Of a stretch of DNA of 64,000 bases, positions 40,574-49,833 are shown one piece after another. The notes under the pieces are model-generated. The model worked only from the letters and a program-made list of their open reading frames with translations. It was not told the DNA's origin and ran no database searches. Both the position numbers and the translations under genes were made by a program. How positions within the stretch are numbered: position 1 is the stretch's first letter; every line of letters begins with the position of its first letter. Origin of the DNA: Candidatus Hodarchaeota archaeon (GTDB lineage: Archaea > Asgardarchaeota > Lokiarchaeia > Sigyniarchaeales > SOKP01); contig JBHLKM010000014.1 of the NCBI GenBank assembly GCA_048886685.1, positions 59,903-123,902 of the forward strand. Reading direction: 5' to 3'.

Positions 40574-41613
40574 TGACTTGGATACCATTATTACTAACTG
40601 ATCCTTCACCAAACCTAAGATTACTTGTATTGAAGGAGTTATTAAATCGCCCAGAGGATGATAGAGAAATACGGGAATTATTATATTTACGTGAAAAAGA
40701 CCCAATTGTCGAATCACTCATAAAAACTCAGTTGGCTGATGGTTCTTGGAGTAGTGTGGATTTCGATAGTAGAAAATCAACTGCGGGAAACCTTCAAACA
40801 ACCTCTCAAGCATTAGTGAGATTAGGATATCTTGGATTCGAAAAAGATCACATCATTGTCAAAAAGGCTGCTGAATATATCTTCTCGAAACAAGAAGATG
40901 ATGATTCATGGCCAATTCTAACAAGTAAAATTGGATCATTTGAAGAAATTCGTAGTTATGATATGATACCTTTACAAGTTGCAACACCACTGGAAGGATT
41001 AGCAGCTTGTGGATATTCCACTGATAACCGAGCCGAAAAAGCTTATGATTGGTTGATGGAACACCAACTTGATGATGGAGCATGGCCTACAGGAACAGCT
41101 TCAGGTGTTTATGGAGGAGTTGCCGGATATCGTCGTCTACCTCACTCAAGATGGGGCTGCAGATCATCTACGATTGCTGTACTAAATTGCTTAGCTTATC
41201 ATTCGAAAAGAAGAAAGAGTAGTAAAGCAAGAAGAGCACTTGATTTAATTTTAGGATGTGAGACGAAGCAAAAAAATTTATTGGGTTTCATAATTTCCCG
41301 TCTTATTGGATTAGAAGAATCGAGAGGATGGAGAACATATTATCCCAAAATGGATGCTGCTCATATTTTAAGTCTTTGTTGGAAGATCGGAGCTTCTTTA
41401 GATGATGAAAGGATTTTAGAATTAGTTCAGTTTGTTAAAGAAGAAAAAGGTGAATATGGATTATGGGAATGCTCATTACACCCTCAAGCATCTCGATGGT
41501 TAACTTTTGACTTGTTGCGGTCACTTTCCAATCTAGAAGAAAGCACAGATTGGATCTCTACGGAACCTCGTACTCCCTTTCAAGAATATCCCAAAAAAAT
41601 GAGAAGGTTCTAA
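40573..41613 (+). CDS. prenyltransferase/squalene cyclase-like alpha/alpha-toroid protein
   Basis: QW-type repeats QLADGSW, QEDDDSW, QLDDGAW; start overlaps the upstream stop (TAATG). Confidence 0.8.
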   Translation: MTWIPLLLTDPSPNLRLLVLKELLNRPEDDREIRELLYLREKDPIVESLIKTQLADGSWSSVDFDSRKSTAGNLQTTSQALVRLGYLGFEKDHIIVKKAAEYIFSKQEDDDSWPILTSKIGSFEEIRSYDMIPLQVATPLEGLAACGYSTDNRAEKAYDWLMEHQLDDGAWPTGTASGVYGGVAGYRRLPHSRWGCRSSTIAVLNCLAYHSKRRKSSKARRALDLILGCETKQKNLLGFIISRLIGLEESRGWRTYYPKMDAAHILSLCWKIGASLDDERILELVQFVKEEKGEYGLWECSLHPQASRWLTFDLLRSLSNLEESTDWISTEPRTPFQEYPKKMRRF

Positions 41614-41681
41614 AATATCCTAAAATATATTAAAAATATTGAGCTTATATTAATCTTTTTAAGAAAAAAAGGAATCTAATT

Positions 41682-42092
41682 ATGAGAACTTCACTCCATC
41701 ATGCTCACATATTCGCATCTAATCTTGAAGAAAGTATTAATTTCTACTGTGAAATGTTTGGAGCAGAAATAATATTTGATTTAGAAGTAGCAGGGGCTCG
41801 TAATGTTTTAATTGCAATTGGATCCTCAAAAATAAATTTCTATGATCAACCACCTAAAGATCAAGGAAGAGGGGTAGTACATCACTTAGGGTTTGAATCA
41901 GATGATTTAGAGGCACTAGTCATTCATATGAAAAATAAAGGATTTCAATTTAAAAACGAGATAAAAAGTTTAGGACCATTAAAATACGTTATGGTAGAAG
42001 CTCCAGACCATTTGCTTTTAGAACTTTTTGAGGTCGTAGAAGAAAGAGTAATCCCCGAGCAATTAAAACAAATTTCTTCACTAGATAAATAG
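41682..42092 (+). CDS. VOC / glyoxalase / bleomycin-resistance family protein
   Basis: LHHAHI..FYCEMFG, HHLGF, APDHLLLEL. Confidence 0.9.
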   Translation: MRTSLHHAHIFASNLEESINFYCEMFGAEIIFDLEVAGARNVLIAIGSSKINFYDQPPKDQGRGVVHHLGFESDDLEALVIHMKNKGFQFKNEIKSLGPLKYVMVEAPDHLLLELFEVVEERVIPEQLKQISSLDK

Positions 42093-42126
42093 ATCTAAAG
42101 GTATAATGAGATCATTTTTGAAATAT

Positions 42127-43887
42127 TTAAATGTTATATTTTCCCGTCAAAATATTCATATAATCATCCATATTTAGTAATTTATAGGATTGTGTTGAGG
42201 AATTCCATAAATAAATGGTGTCTTTTATTTTATTTATATCATAACCCTGTTTTTGAAGGTTAAATTTTTTCAATTTGTATGTTCCCGTGAATTCGAGTTC
42301 ATTTTGAACTCTGACGAATATGGGTATTGAATATTTTGGTAAATTTTCAATTACAAATTTCGCAAATTTCTTTGAATTAAATTTATGAGATTCTTTTAAT
42401 GTTATTGTGACCATCCCTGCTTTTCCTTCAGTATTTGGAATGTTTACACCATAAACAGTGCACATTTGGATGGATGGAAATGTATTTAATATTGATTCAA
42501 CTTCTAGTGTTGAAACATTTTCCCCTTTCCATCTAAAAGTATCCCCAAATCTATCAGCAAATGAAACCCGATGATCTTCATGGAGCTGAATCAAATCCCC
42601 CGAATTAAAATAAACATCATCTTTTTCAAATACATTCCTTAGAATCTTCTGTTCTGTATTATATTTATCTTTATAAAGAGTTAAGTTTGATTCATCTTCT
42701 ATTTTTGCTAATAACATTCCAATCTCTCCAGGGGCACATTTAATACAGAATCCGTTCTCATCTTTATAAAATTCACCTGTCTCCTGGTTAACTTTCGCAA
42801 GTTTTATTCGAGGAAGGACCAATCGACCTATCATTCCTGGTATTTCATCAAAATTAACAAAAGATGCCATACCTTCTGTGGATCCATAAAATTCTAAGAT
42901 ATGTTTAATATTAAATCTTAATTGAAAACGCTCCCAAATATCTTTGCGAAGACCTACACCCATCATTTTTGTAAGAGTGGTATTTTTCACGTATTCTGAT
43001 TTTGGTCGATTTAGAAGATATCTAGGAATTTCACCAATATATAATGTCCCAGTCGCTTTGAATTTTAAGATATCCTTCCAAAACTCTGAAGCAGAAAACC
43101 GTTTCCTTAAGGCTAGGGCTGCTCCAGAATATACTACACCCCTCCAAGCTCCATTGGAATGGGAATGATATAATGGTAAAGGATCATATATTATATCGTC
43201 TGGATTTAATTGTAAAACCAGAGAATAGAAATGCCCCATTCGTTCATTTCTAAGTACTGTTGCTTTCGGGAGTCCTGTAGTGCCTGATGTGAATATGTAG
43301 TAACCTTTATCTGAGAGTTTTGAGTTAAAAGTTGTTTTTGGATTCTGAATAGAAACTGATTTCAATTTGTGTGTGAAATCAACAAATTCATGCTTTTTTT
43401 TAGAGGGATTGTTTAATACAAAAATTTTATTACTCATAAAATTTAAATCTTCGAAAACGTCTTTAAATGCAGGCAAACAATCGCCGTCAACGATAAAATA
43501 TTTTGGTTCACTTATTTTAATTGCATGAATTAAAGCACTTTTCCTTTGATTGATATTAATCAGAGAGCATATTCCTTGAATTTTATTTATCCCTGTTTCT
43601 ATAAAGAGATATTGAGGTGAATTTTCCATCATAATTGCCACTGCATCACCTGGCTTAAATTCTAAGTCTATCAGGAAATTTGCGATTTTATTACTCTCCT
43701 CATTAAAAGTCTGCCAAGTCCAAAATTTTTCTTCATGAAATAGTACCTTCTTATCAGGTACTTTTCCAGCCCATTGTTCGATGCAAATTCCAGTACTTAA
43801 ATTTGGATTTTGATCAAATTCTTTCAGTGTTTGATTAAGTCTTTTAAAAAAATCAGCTTCCTTTGGTGTAAATATGCTTTTAAACAT
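42127..43887 (-). CDS. long-chain acyl-CoA synthetase, FATP/SLC27 type (paralog of 11977..13776)
   Basis: YIFTSGTTGLPKA, DRFGDTFRWKGENVSTLEVE. Confidence 0.93.
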   Translation of the reverse strand: MFKSIFTPKEADFFKRLNQTLKEFDQNPNLSTGICIEQWAGKVPDKKVLFHEEKFWTWQTFNEESNKIANFLIDLEFKPGDAVAIMMENSPQYLFIETGINKIQGICSLININQRKSALIHAIKISEPKYFIVDGDCLPAFKDVFEDLNFMSNKIFVLNNPSKKKHEFVDFTHKLKSVSIQNPKTTFNSKLSDKGYYIFTSGTTGLPKATVLRNERMGHFYSLVLQLNPDDIIYDPLPLYHSHSNGAWRGVVYSGAALALRKRFSASEFWKDILKFKATGTLYIGEIPRYLLNRPKSEYVKNTTLTKMMGVGLRKDIWERFQLRFNIKHILEFYGSTEGMASFVNFDEIPGMIGRLVLPRIKLAKVNQETGEFYKDENGFCIKCAPGEIGMLLAKIEDESNLTLYKDKYNTEQKILRNVFEKDDVYFNSGDLIQLHEDHRVSFADRFGDTFRWKGENVSTLEVESILNTFPSIQMCTVYGVNIPNTEGKAGMVTITLKESHKFNSKKFAKFVIENLPKYSIPIFVRVQNELEFTGTYKLKKFNLQKQGYDINKIKDTIYLWNSSTQSYKLLNMDDYMNILTGKYNI

Positions 43888-44007
43888 GCTTTTAAATATA
43901 GGACTTACTAGTTTTATACCATTTATAAATTTAAATTTCCCTTTAAAATTTTCTCATAAACTTTTATTAGGGAGAATTGATATAAAATAAGGAAAAACCA
44001 TATAAAT

Positions 44008-44358
44008 CTATTTTAGATTAATAGTTAATTTTTCCATATTTAATTTCCAGACCTTTTCTGGTGCTCTTTTGCTTTCACTTGGTCGGTAATCTGATTGAAT
44101 TATATCTACGCGTTCTAATTCTCGTAGATGATAATATAGGCTAGGTTTTTTTAAATTCTTAAAATCTCCCTTACCACACACTCCTTTACATTGATTTTCA
44201 TCGGGATCTAGATTCTCGTTCAGATCTTTCAGATAATTAAAAATTTCTTCAGAAGATTTAGGTCCCTCTTTTAAATAATCAAGAATAACCCATCGAATAT
44301 GACAATGTAATGCTTTAATATACTTTTCTATTTCATTTAGGGTAATTTCTTTTGCCAT
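44008..44358 (-). CDS. ArsR-like winged-helix regulator with Cys insertion
   Basis: KALHCHIRWVILDYL, CKGVC insertion, LYYHLRELE. Confidence 0.8.
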   Translation of the reverse strand: MAKEITLNEIEKYIKALHCHIRWVILDYLKEGPKSSEEIFNYLKDLNENLDPDENQCKGVCGKGDFKNLKKPSLYYHLRELERVDIIQSDYRPSESKRAPEKVWKLNMEKLTINLK

Positions 44359-44509
44359 TTATCCTAAACCTTCAAATTTTAATAATATAAATATTTTAGA
44401 AATATTTAAATATATGGTTTGATTAGTTAAATTTATCATTTAATTAATTAAAAATTTCATCTAGGAATTTAATAATTTTATTTTGAAATCTAAATAAAGG
44501 AGGATAAAA

Positions 44510-44668
44510 ATGAAAGAAAAACAATCAGAAGAATGTGCATGTGATAAACCAGAAATTAGAGATCAATTCCCAAGGAGAAGTTGTTCTCTAAATCAAATTA
44601 TAGAATGCCATGGTGACCAACCAGTAGATGTGCTTTTTAAACACATTCAATCAGAAAAAGAGAAATAA
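44510..44668 (+). CDS. 52-aa Cys/His microprotein (CAC ... CSLNQIIECHGD)
   Basis: Hand-translated; strong AGGAGG ribosome-binding site at 44498-44503; first gene of the ABC operon. Missing from the ORF track. Confidence 0.8.
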   Translation: MKEKQSEECACDKPEIRDQFPRRSCSLNQIIECHGDQPVDVLFKHIQSEKEK

Positions 44669-44695
44669 GATAATTCTCATAAATGAGGTGTTATT

Positions 44696-45685
44696 ATGAA
44701 TGCGATTACTGTAAAGAATCTAGTAAAACTCTTTGAAACTCCAAAAAGAGGGAAGCCAGGGAAAATGGGACCAAATAGTCCACCTGCAAAAATGGGTATT
44801 GTTCGTGCAGTCGATGGTATTAGTTTTGATGTGAAAAAAGGGGAAATTTTTGGTTTTTTAGGTTCAAATGGAGCTGGAAAAACTACTACTATCCGAATGT
44901 TGACGGGGGTATTAAAACCTACAAAAGGAAACGTTGCAATATTTGGGCATGATGTCTGGAAAAATCAAATACTCGTTAAACAAATTACTGGAAATGTTCC
45001 TGAGGAAGCAAATGTATACTTTGATATGTCAGGATTACAAAATTTAATATTTATTGGAGAAATCTATGGTGTTCCTAAGAAAACTCGCATTGAACGAGCA
45101 AAGAAGCTGCTTAAGAAATTTGAATTATATGAAAAGCGTAATTTGAAATCCATGAAATATTCAAAGGGAATGAAGCAAAGATTATTATTATGTATGGCTC
45201 TAATGAGTGATCCAGAAATTTTATTTCTTGATGAACCTACAAGTGGGTTAGATGTACAATCTGCTCGCATAATTAAACAACTAATTAGAGAATACAATGA
45301 AAAAGGTGTAACAATCTTTCTTACTACTCACGATATGGAAGTAGCAAATGAATTATGTCATAGAATAGCGATTATTAATCATGGTAAAATTATAAGTCTA
45401 GATACGCCTGAAAACTTAAAGAAACTAACTCAAGAATATAGAGCTATTGATTTTTATTTTGATAATGGGGTGAATGTAGCCAAAATCGAGAATCTGGCTT
45501 CTGTTAAAGAAGTTCAAAAGGTGAGAGAAGGTTTTCATATAATAGTTGAAAACATTCATGAAGGTGTATGTGAAATTGTAGATTTCATCAAACAAAACAA
45601 TCTTATTATAAAACAATTAAACACACATCAACCAAAATTAGAAGATGCATTTTTAAGAATTATTAAAAGAGGTGGGGAAAATTAG
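44696..45685 (+). CDS. ABC transporter ATP-binding protein (DrrA/CcmA-like)
   Basis: GSNGAGKTT, YSKGMKQR, FLDEPTSGLD, TTH. Confidence 0.93.
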   Translation: MNAITVKNLVKLFETPKRGKPGKMGPNSPPAKMGIVRAVDGISFDVKKGEIFGFLGSNGAGKTTTIRMLTGVLKPTKGNVAIFGHDVWKNQILVKQITGNVPEEANVYFDMSGLQNLIFIGEIYGVPKKTRIERAKKLLKKFELYEKRNLKSMKYSKGMKQRLLLCMALMSDPEILFLDEPTSGLDVQSARIIKQLIREYNEKGVTIFLTTHDMEVANELCHRIAIINHGKIISLDTPENLKKLTQEYRAIDFYFDNGVNVAKIENLASVKEVQKVREGFHIIVENIHEGVCEIVDFIKQNNLIIKQLNTHQPKLEDAFLRIIKRGGEN

Positions 45686-46469
45686 TACTGAATTTTTGAT
45701 AGATAAAAACTCTAAATTTCAGAATTTTGTAATTCAACTAAAGCGATCTTTAATTATAACCAAAAAGGATTTAAGAATATATTACAATAAACCTCCTGTT
45801 TTAATTCAAGGAATCTTCTTTCCAATAATCTTATTCTTTGCTTTTACAGTCGGAAGAGATGTAAAACCTGTTTACCTTATTTCTGGAATAATGACAATGG
45901 TTCTTTTCTTAACTTCAACTTCGTTAGGTCCAATAATTTTTCCATGGGAGACAATGCGTGGTACACTTGAACGCTTAATAACGTGTCCGATTTCAATTAA
46001 AACAATAATGATAGGGAGTATTTGGAGTTCATTTATATATGGAGTATTATTCTCATCAATTCCCTTGATTTTGGGGATAATCTTTCAAACGGGCAGCTTG
46101 GATATTAACTATTTTCTTGTTATTACTGCGATGATCATAGCAGCTTTGGTCTTTTCTAGTTTTAGCCTAATTATTTCTGCTCCTCCAGCAAGATCCCCTG
46201 GAAATACCATGCTTTTACAAATCCTTATTAAATTTCCACTGCTATTTATCAGTCCACTTTTTATGCCCATTAATGCTCTTGCGACTGCGGTTATATCTCC
46301 ACTAACATATTGTGCTGATATTCTAAATGTATCATTAGGAGAAAGTAGTGCATTTGGCTCGCTTGGACTGTTAGTTGATTTTGGGATTTTATTAGTATTT
46401 GGATTAGGTTTTCTCTTTATAGCTTTTTTATTACATCAGAAAACTTTAGAAAAGAGATTTAGAGGATAA
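45672..46469 (+). CDS. ABC-2 type transporter permease
   Basis: WETMRGTLERLITCP, SPLTY, multiple TM segments. Confidence 0.9.
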   Translation: MGKISTEFLIDKNSKFQNFVIQLKRSLIITKKDLRIYYNKPPVLIQGIFFPIILFFAFTVGRDVKPVYLISGIMTMVLFLTSTSLGPIIFPWETMRGTLERLITCPISIKTIMIGSIWSSFIYGVLFSSIPLILGIIFQTGSLDINYFLVITAMIIAALVFSSFSLIISAPPARSPGNTMLLQILIKFPLLFISPLFMPINALATAVISPLTYCADILNVSLGESSAFGSLGLLVDFGILLVFGLGFLFIAFLLHQKTLEKRFRG

Positions 46470-46580
46470 ATATCACTTTTAGTTATTTTTTTTTTATTTT
46501 TATTATGTATACTTTTTAATTTTAAAGAAATAAATTATCTAAACAAATTTCGTTATAGATCTTTAAATTAAGACTACTGG

Positions 46581-47981
46581 TTAAAAGCCTAATTCAAGAA
46601 TTTTCTCTTTATTAAGTTTAACTATTTCTGGTGTAAGTGTGTAAAATTTCCAGAGGATTATAGTTGCGATAAGCATAAAAATCATAGGTATCACAGCAAA
46701 ATGGATCCGAATTCCAATTATTGCAGAAGACGGTTGATCTATAGGTTCACCTCCTTCCACAAAACCCGTGAGAATGTGAACTGTAGCAAAACTCACTGCT
46801 TGAGCAACAAAAGCAGCTCTAGCTACAAAGGTTTGTATTCCTTGATAAATACCTTCCTTCCTGCGGTTTGACATAACCACGGACTCATCAATAGTATTTG
46901 ATCTCACGGGATCCAACATAACCCAATATGTACCCTCAAAGAAGCCCCATATAAAAATAGCAAAGATCATAATAACGAAATCTGTAACGAAAAAAAGTGG
47001 TCCCGTCGCAACTGTCAAGCATGCTGCAGCTATGATTTGTGTTCTACGGTCATTATTTGTTTTATCTGCGATTTTCGCCCATACAGGCATTCCACACATC
47101 ATTCCTAAAAACAATCCTAAAAATATAAAAATAGTATCACCTGCTTCTATACGTAACACATATCGACCAACATAAGAGACTGATCCAATCATGCTTTGAA
47201 CTAATGCTGCATAAAATGTGAAAGAAACGATATATGCTACCCAATTTTTATGTTTTAGAGAACGTTTGTATTCTTTGAAAAAAGATTCAATTTCCATTCC
47301 TTCTTCACATTTATCCAGGTAACAATCAATCCGTATTTGATCCTCCCGGCTGCCAGGAATTGCCAATGCTAAAGCAATTAAACATACAATAATTACTGCT
47401 CCTGCTTGAATTATATAAGTATGTACTTCTCCATATTCGACAAAAAGAGAGGGAATAACAAATCCTAATGCTGTTCCCGCAGCTGCTACAGGAGTACTCA
47501 AAGCCGAAGCTAACCTTCTTTCACTTGTTCCCCGAAATTTATCTGGGAAGAGCGCATAAAAATTTACCCCAAATATAGATGCAAAGGTGTCATATATACA
47601 GATGATAATTACAAGCCATGCAAATATGATCCAAGCACCTTGTTGTGGATCTACAGAAGGTGGAGTGAATATAAGTAGATAACTTAAAATCCAAGGGATA
47701 CCCCCAATTAGAACCCAGGGAAATCGTCTTCCCCATTTTTTTGTAAACCTAAAGGGACGATCTGTCAAATAACCCACTAATGGATCATTAAACGCATTCC
47801 AAATTGCAAAAAGAACATATCCCACCATAACCATCCATGATTTTAACCCAATTTCTGTCTCATAATAAAAGAATACATATGCCCCGAAACACATATTAAA
47901 GAATTCACTTATAAATTTTCCAGAACCATAGGATAACATATTCTTTTTTGAGTGTGGAATTTCAATTTCTTCTAATGTCAT
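46581..47981 (-). CDS. MFS transporter, glycoside-pentoside-hexuronide (MelB-like) family
   Basis: WNAFNDPLVGYLTDR, WGRRFPW, RKEGIY; about 12 TM segments. Confidence 0.92.
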   Translation of the reverse strand: MTLEEIEIPHSKKNMLSYGSGKFISEFFNMCFGAYVFFYYETEIGLKSWMVMVGYVLFAIWNAFNDPLVGYLTDRPFRFTKKWGRRFPWVLIGGIPWILSYLLIFTPPSVDPQQGAWIIFAWLVIIICIYDTFASIFGVNFYALFPDKFRGTSERRLASALSTPVAAAGTALGFVIPSLFVEYGEVHTYIIQAGAVIIVCLIALALAIPGSREDQIRIDCYLDKCEEGMEIESFFKEYKRSLKHKNWVAYIVSFTFYAALVQSMIGSVSYVGRYVLRIEAGDTIFIFLGLFLGMMCGMPVWAKIADKTNNDRRTQIIAAACLTVATGPLFFVTDFVIMIFAIFIWGFFEGTYWVMLDPVRSNTIDESVVMSNRRKEGIYQGIQTFVARAAFVAQAVSFATVHILTGFVEGGEPIDQPSSAIIGIRIHFAVIPMIFMLIATIILWKFYTLTPEIVKLNKEKILELGF

Positions 47982-48120
47982 GTTATAAGACCTATTAAAA
48001 ATCTATTTTTTTAAATAAGGGTTATTTAATGCTATGTAATAAATGGATTTATGTATTAGTTTAATATAAAACTTTATTCTTTTGTCAAGTTTTTTTGTGT
48101 TACCTTTACTTCTATGAAAT

Positions 48121-48711
48121 TCATTTCTGTCGTAATAATATTTTATAAAAATTATATATTATTAGTTCACGCTCTTCAGCAATTTCTTTAGAAATATCTA
48201 AATACAATTTATCTTTAAGTTTTAAAATTTTGTTTTCTAAATGCTCAATAACTTGATCGAGACCACCTTTTCTTTTAATAGTAAAACCTATAGTTCTGTA
48301 AAGACCTATTGCTCCAAGTGCATCTAATTTATCTGCATCTGAGAGGATTTTTGCTTCAAGTGTTTTTGGCTTTTTATTATTTGAGAATGAATGTGAACGA
48401 ATACAATGAATAATGCTTTCAATTTCTACTTTGGAAAAGTTAAAATTATTTGAGTTCAAGAACTCTAAAGCCATTTCAGCAGAAATTTCAGCATGGTTTA
48501 TCTTTGATATATCTTCTTTTTCTTTTATTCTTCCAATATCATGAAGAAGAGCAGCAATTTCAAGTACAAACAGATTTGCTCCCAGTTCTTTTCCTAACTG
48601 GAGACATATATTATAAACACGGTCTACATGTGGGAAACCATGAATATCATCCTTTTCAGAATTATTAATGGCATAACTTCGCACGATTGAAATTATTTCC
48701 TTTTCTAGCAT
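48121..48711 (-). CDS. HD-domain metal-dependent phosphohydrolase
   Basis: HGFPHVDRV, ALLHDIGR, SDADKLDALGAIG. Confidence 0.92.
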   Translation of the reverse strand: MLEKEIISIVRSYAINNSEKDDIHGFPHVDRVYNICLQLGKELGANLFVLEIAALLHDIGRIKEKEDISKINHAEISAEMALEFLNSNNFNFSKVEIESIIHCIRSHSFSNNKKPKTLEAKILSDADKLDALGAIGLYRTIGFTIKRKGGLDQVIEHLENKILKLKDKLYLDISKEIAEERELIIYNFYKILLRQK

Positions 48712-48732
48712 GAATCATCTCTCTAAATACAA

Positions 48733-49710
48733 TTAAAAATTTGAATTTTCCCAGACTTGAAAAGATCCAAATCCATCTTTTATTGAAAGAATTTGTTTTC
48801 TATCCTTATGAATAACTATCGAGAGAAAATATGATCTCATCTTTGAATAACTTTCAGCTAAAATGAGAATAATATGAATTCTTTTCTCATTTTGATGTAT
48901 AAATGGTATCATTGAATTCCATTTATGAAAAAATCTATACTCCTTACTAATGTCGATAGCTTGCTCAATGTAGGCTATTTCCTCAGAATTGTTTGGAAAT
49001 TTTTGATTTAATATTACTTTTTTTTTCCTGGAAAAGGCAAATTTCGTACACAATTTAAATTTGATGCTCTCTTCTGATGAATTTTTCGTGTATATAAGAT
49101 AGAAAAATGGAATAAATCCAGGAATATAATATGATCCCTTTGGTAATCGTATTTGTGTTATTAGTCTTAATATAAAACGGATTCCAAAATAAGCAAAATA
49201 TACGATTAAGTAAAATGAAGTTAATGCCATGAATACATAGTAATATGGTTTAATATAGTAATAAATGAGTAAGGTGAGTAAGTTAATTCCAGAAAATAGG
49301 GCTAATATTGGATTTATTGCCCTATCTGCTAAGATTCTAAATTCCCTTCTAGAAAGTGGATAAAAAATAGGAACTTTTGAAGCACCAAAAAAATCTAATG
49401 AAACATGGATACTGTATCCAGTAGCTCCAGCTATCCAGATTTCAAAGAATGGAACTCCTCGTGAAAGTGAGATTGGTACACTCATAATCCCAGTTATTAT
49501 TATTCCTATGACATATGAATGAGAAGCAGCTTTATGAGATAAAAAGTATAGATTTCGTTTTTTGGTAAATGGATCTACAAATATATCCATATCTGGAAAA
49601 ATAGCCATAATCCATAGGAAGATTATTGCTTCTGGACTTATTTTAAATAATAATAAAAAGCAAGGTAACGTTCCCATTAATATGTGTGTGAATATATCCA
49701 TATTGGTCAA
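48733..49710 (-). CDS. membrane-bound metal-dependent hydrolase (YdjM-like)
   Basis: MDIFTH, PDMD, HKAASHS, HVSLD. Confidence 0.85.
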   Translation of the reverse strand: MTNMDIFTHILMGTLPCFLLLFKISPEAIIFLWIMAIFPDMDIFVDPFTKKRNLYFLSHKAASHSYVIGIIITGIMSVPISLSRGVPFFEIWIAGATGYSIHVSLDFFGASKVPIFYPLSRREFRILADRAINPILALFSGINLLTLLIYYYIKPYYYVFMALTSFYLIVYFAYFGIRFILRLITQIRLPKGSYYIPGFIPFFYLIYTKNSSEESIKFKLCTKFAFSRKKKVILNQKFPNNSEEIAYIEQAIDISKEYRFFHKWNSMIPFIHQNEKRIHIILILAESYSKMRSYFLSIVIHKDRKQILSIKDGFGSFQVWENSNF

Positions 49711-49833
49711 ATGTCAAGTAAAATAATTGCTGAATTATAACAACAATAGAAAGGTTACACTTATTTTAATTGTCACGAACACAAATTTTTTTCTAATTAG
49801 GATGAATTTTATTAGATGAATATCTCTTCGAAT

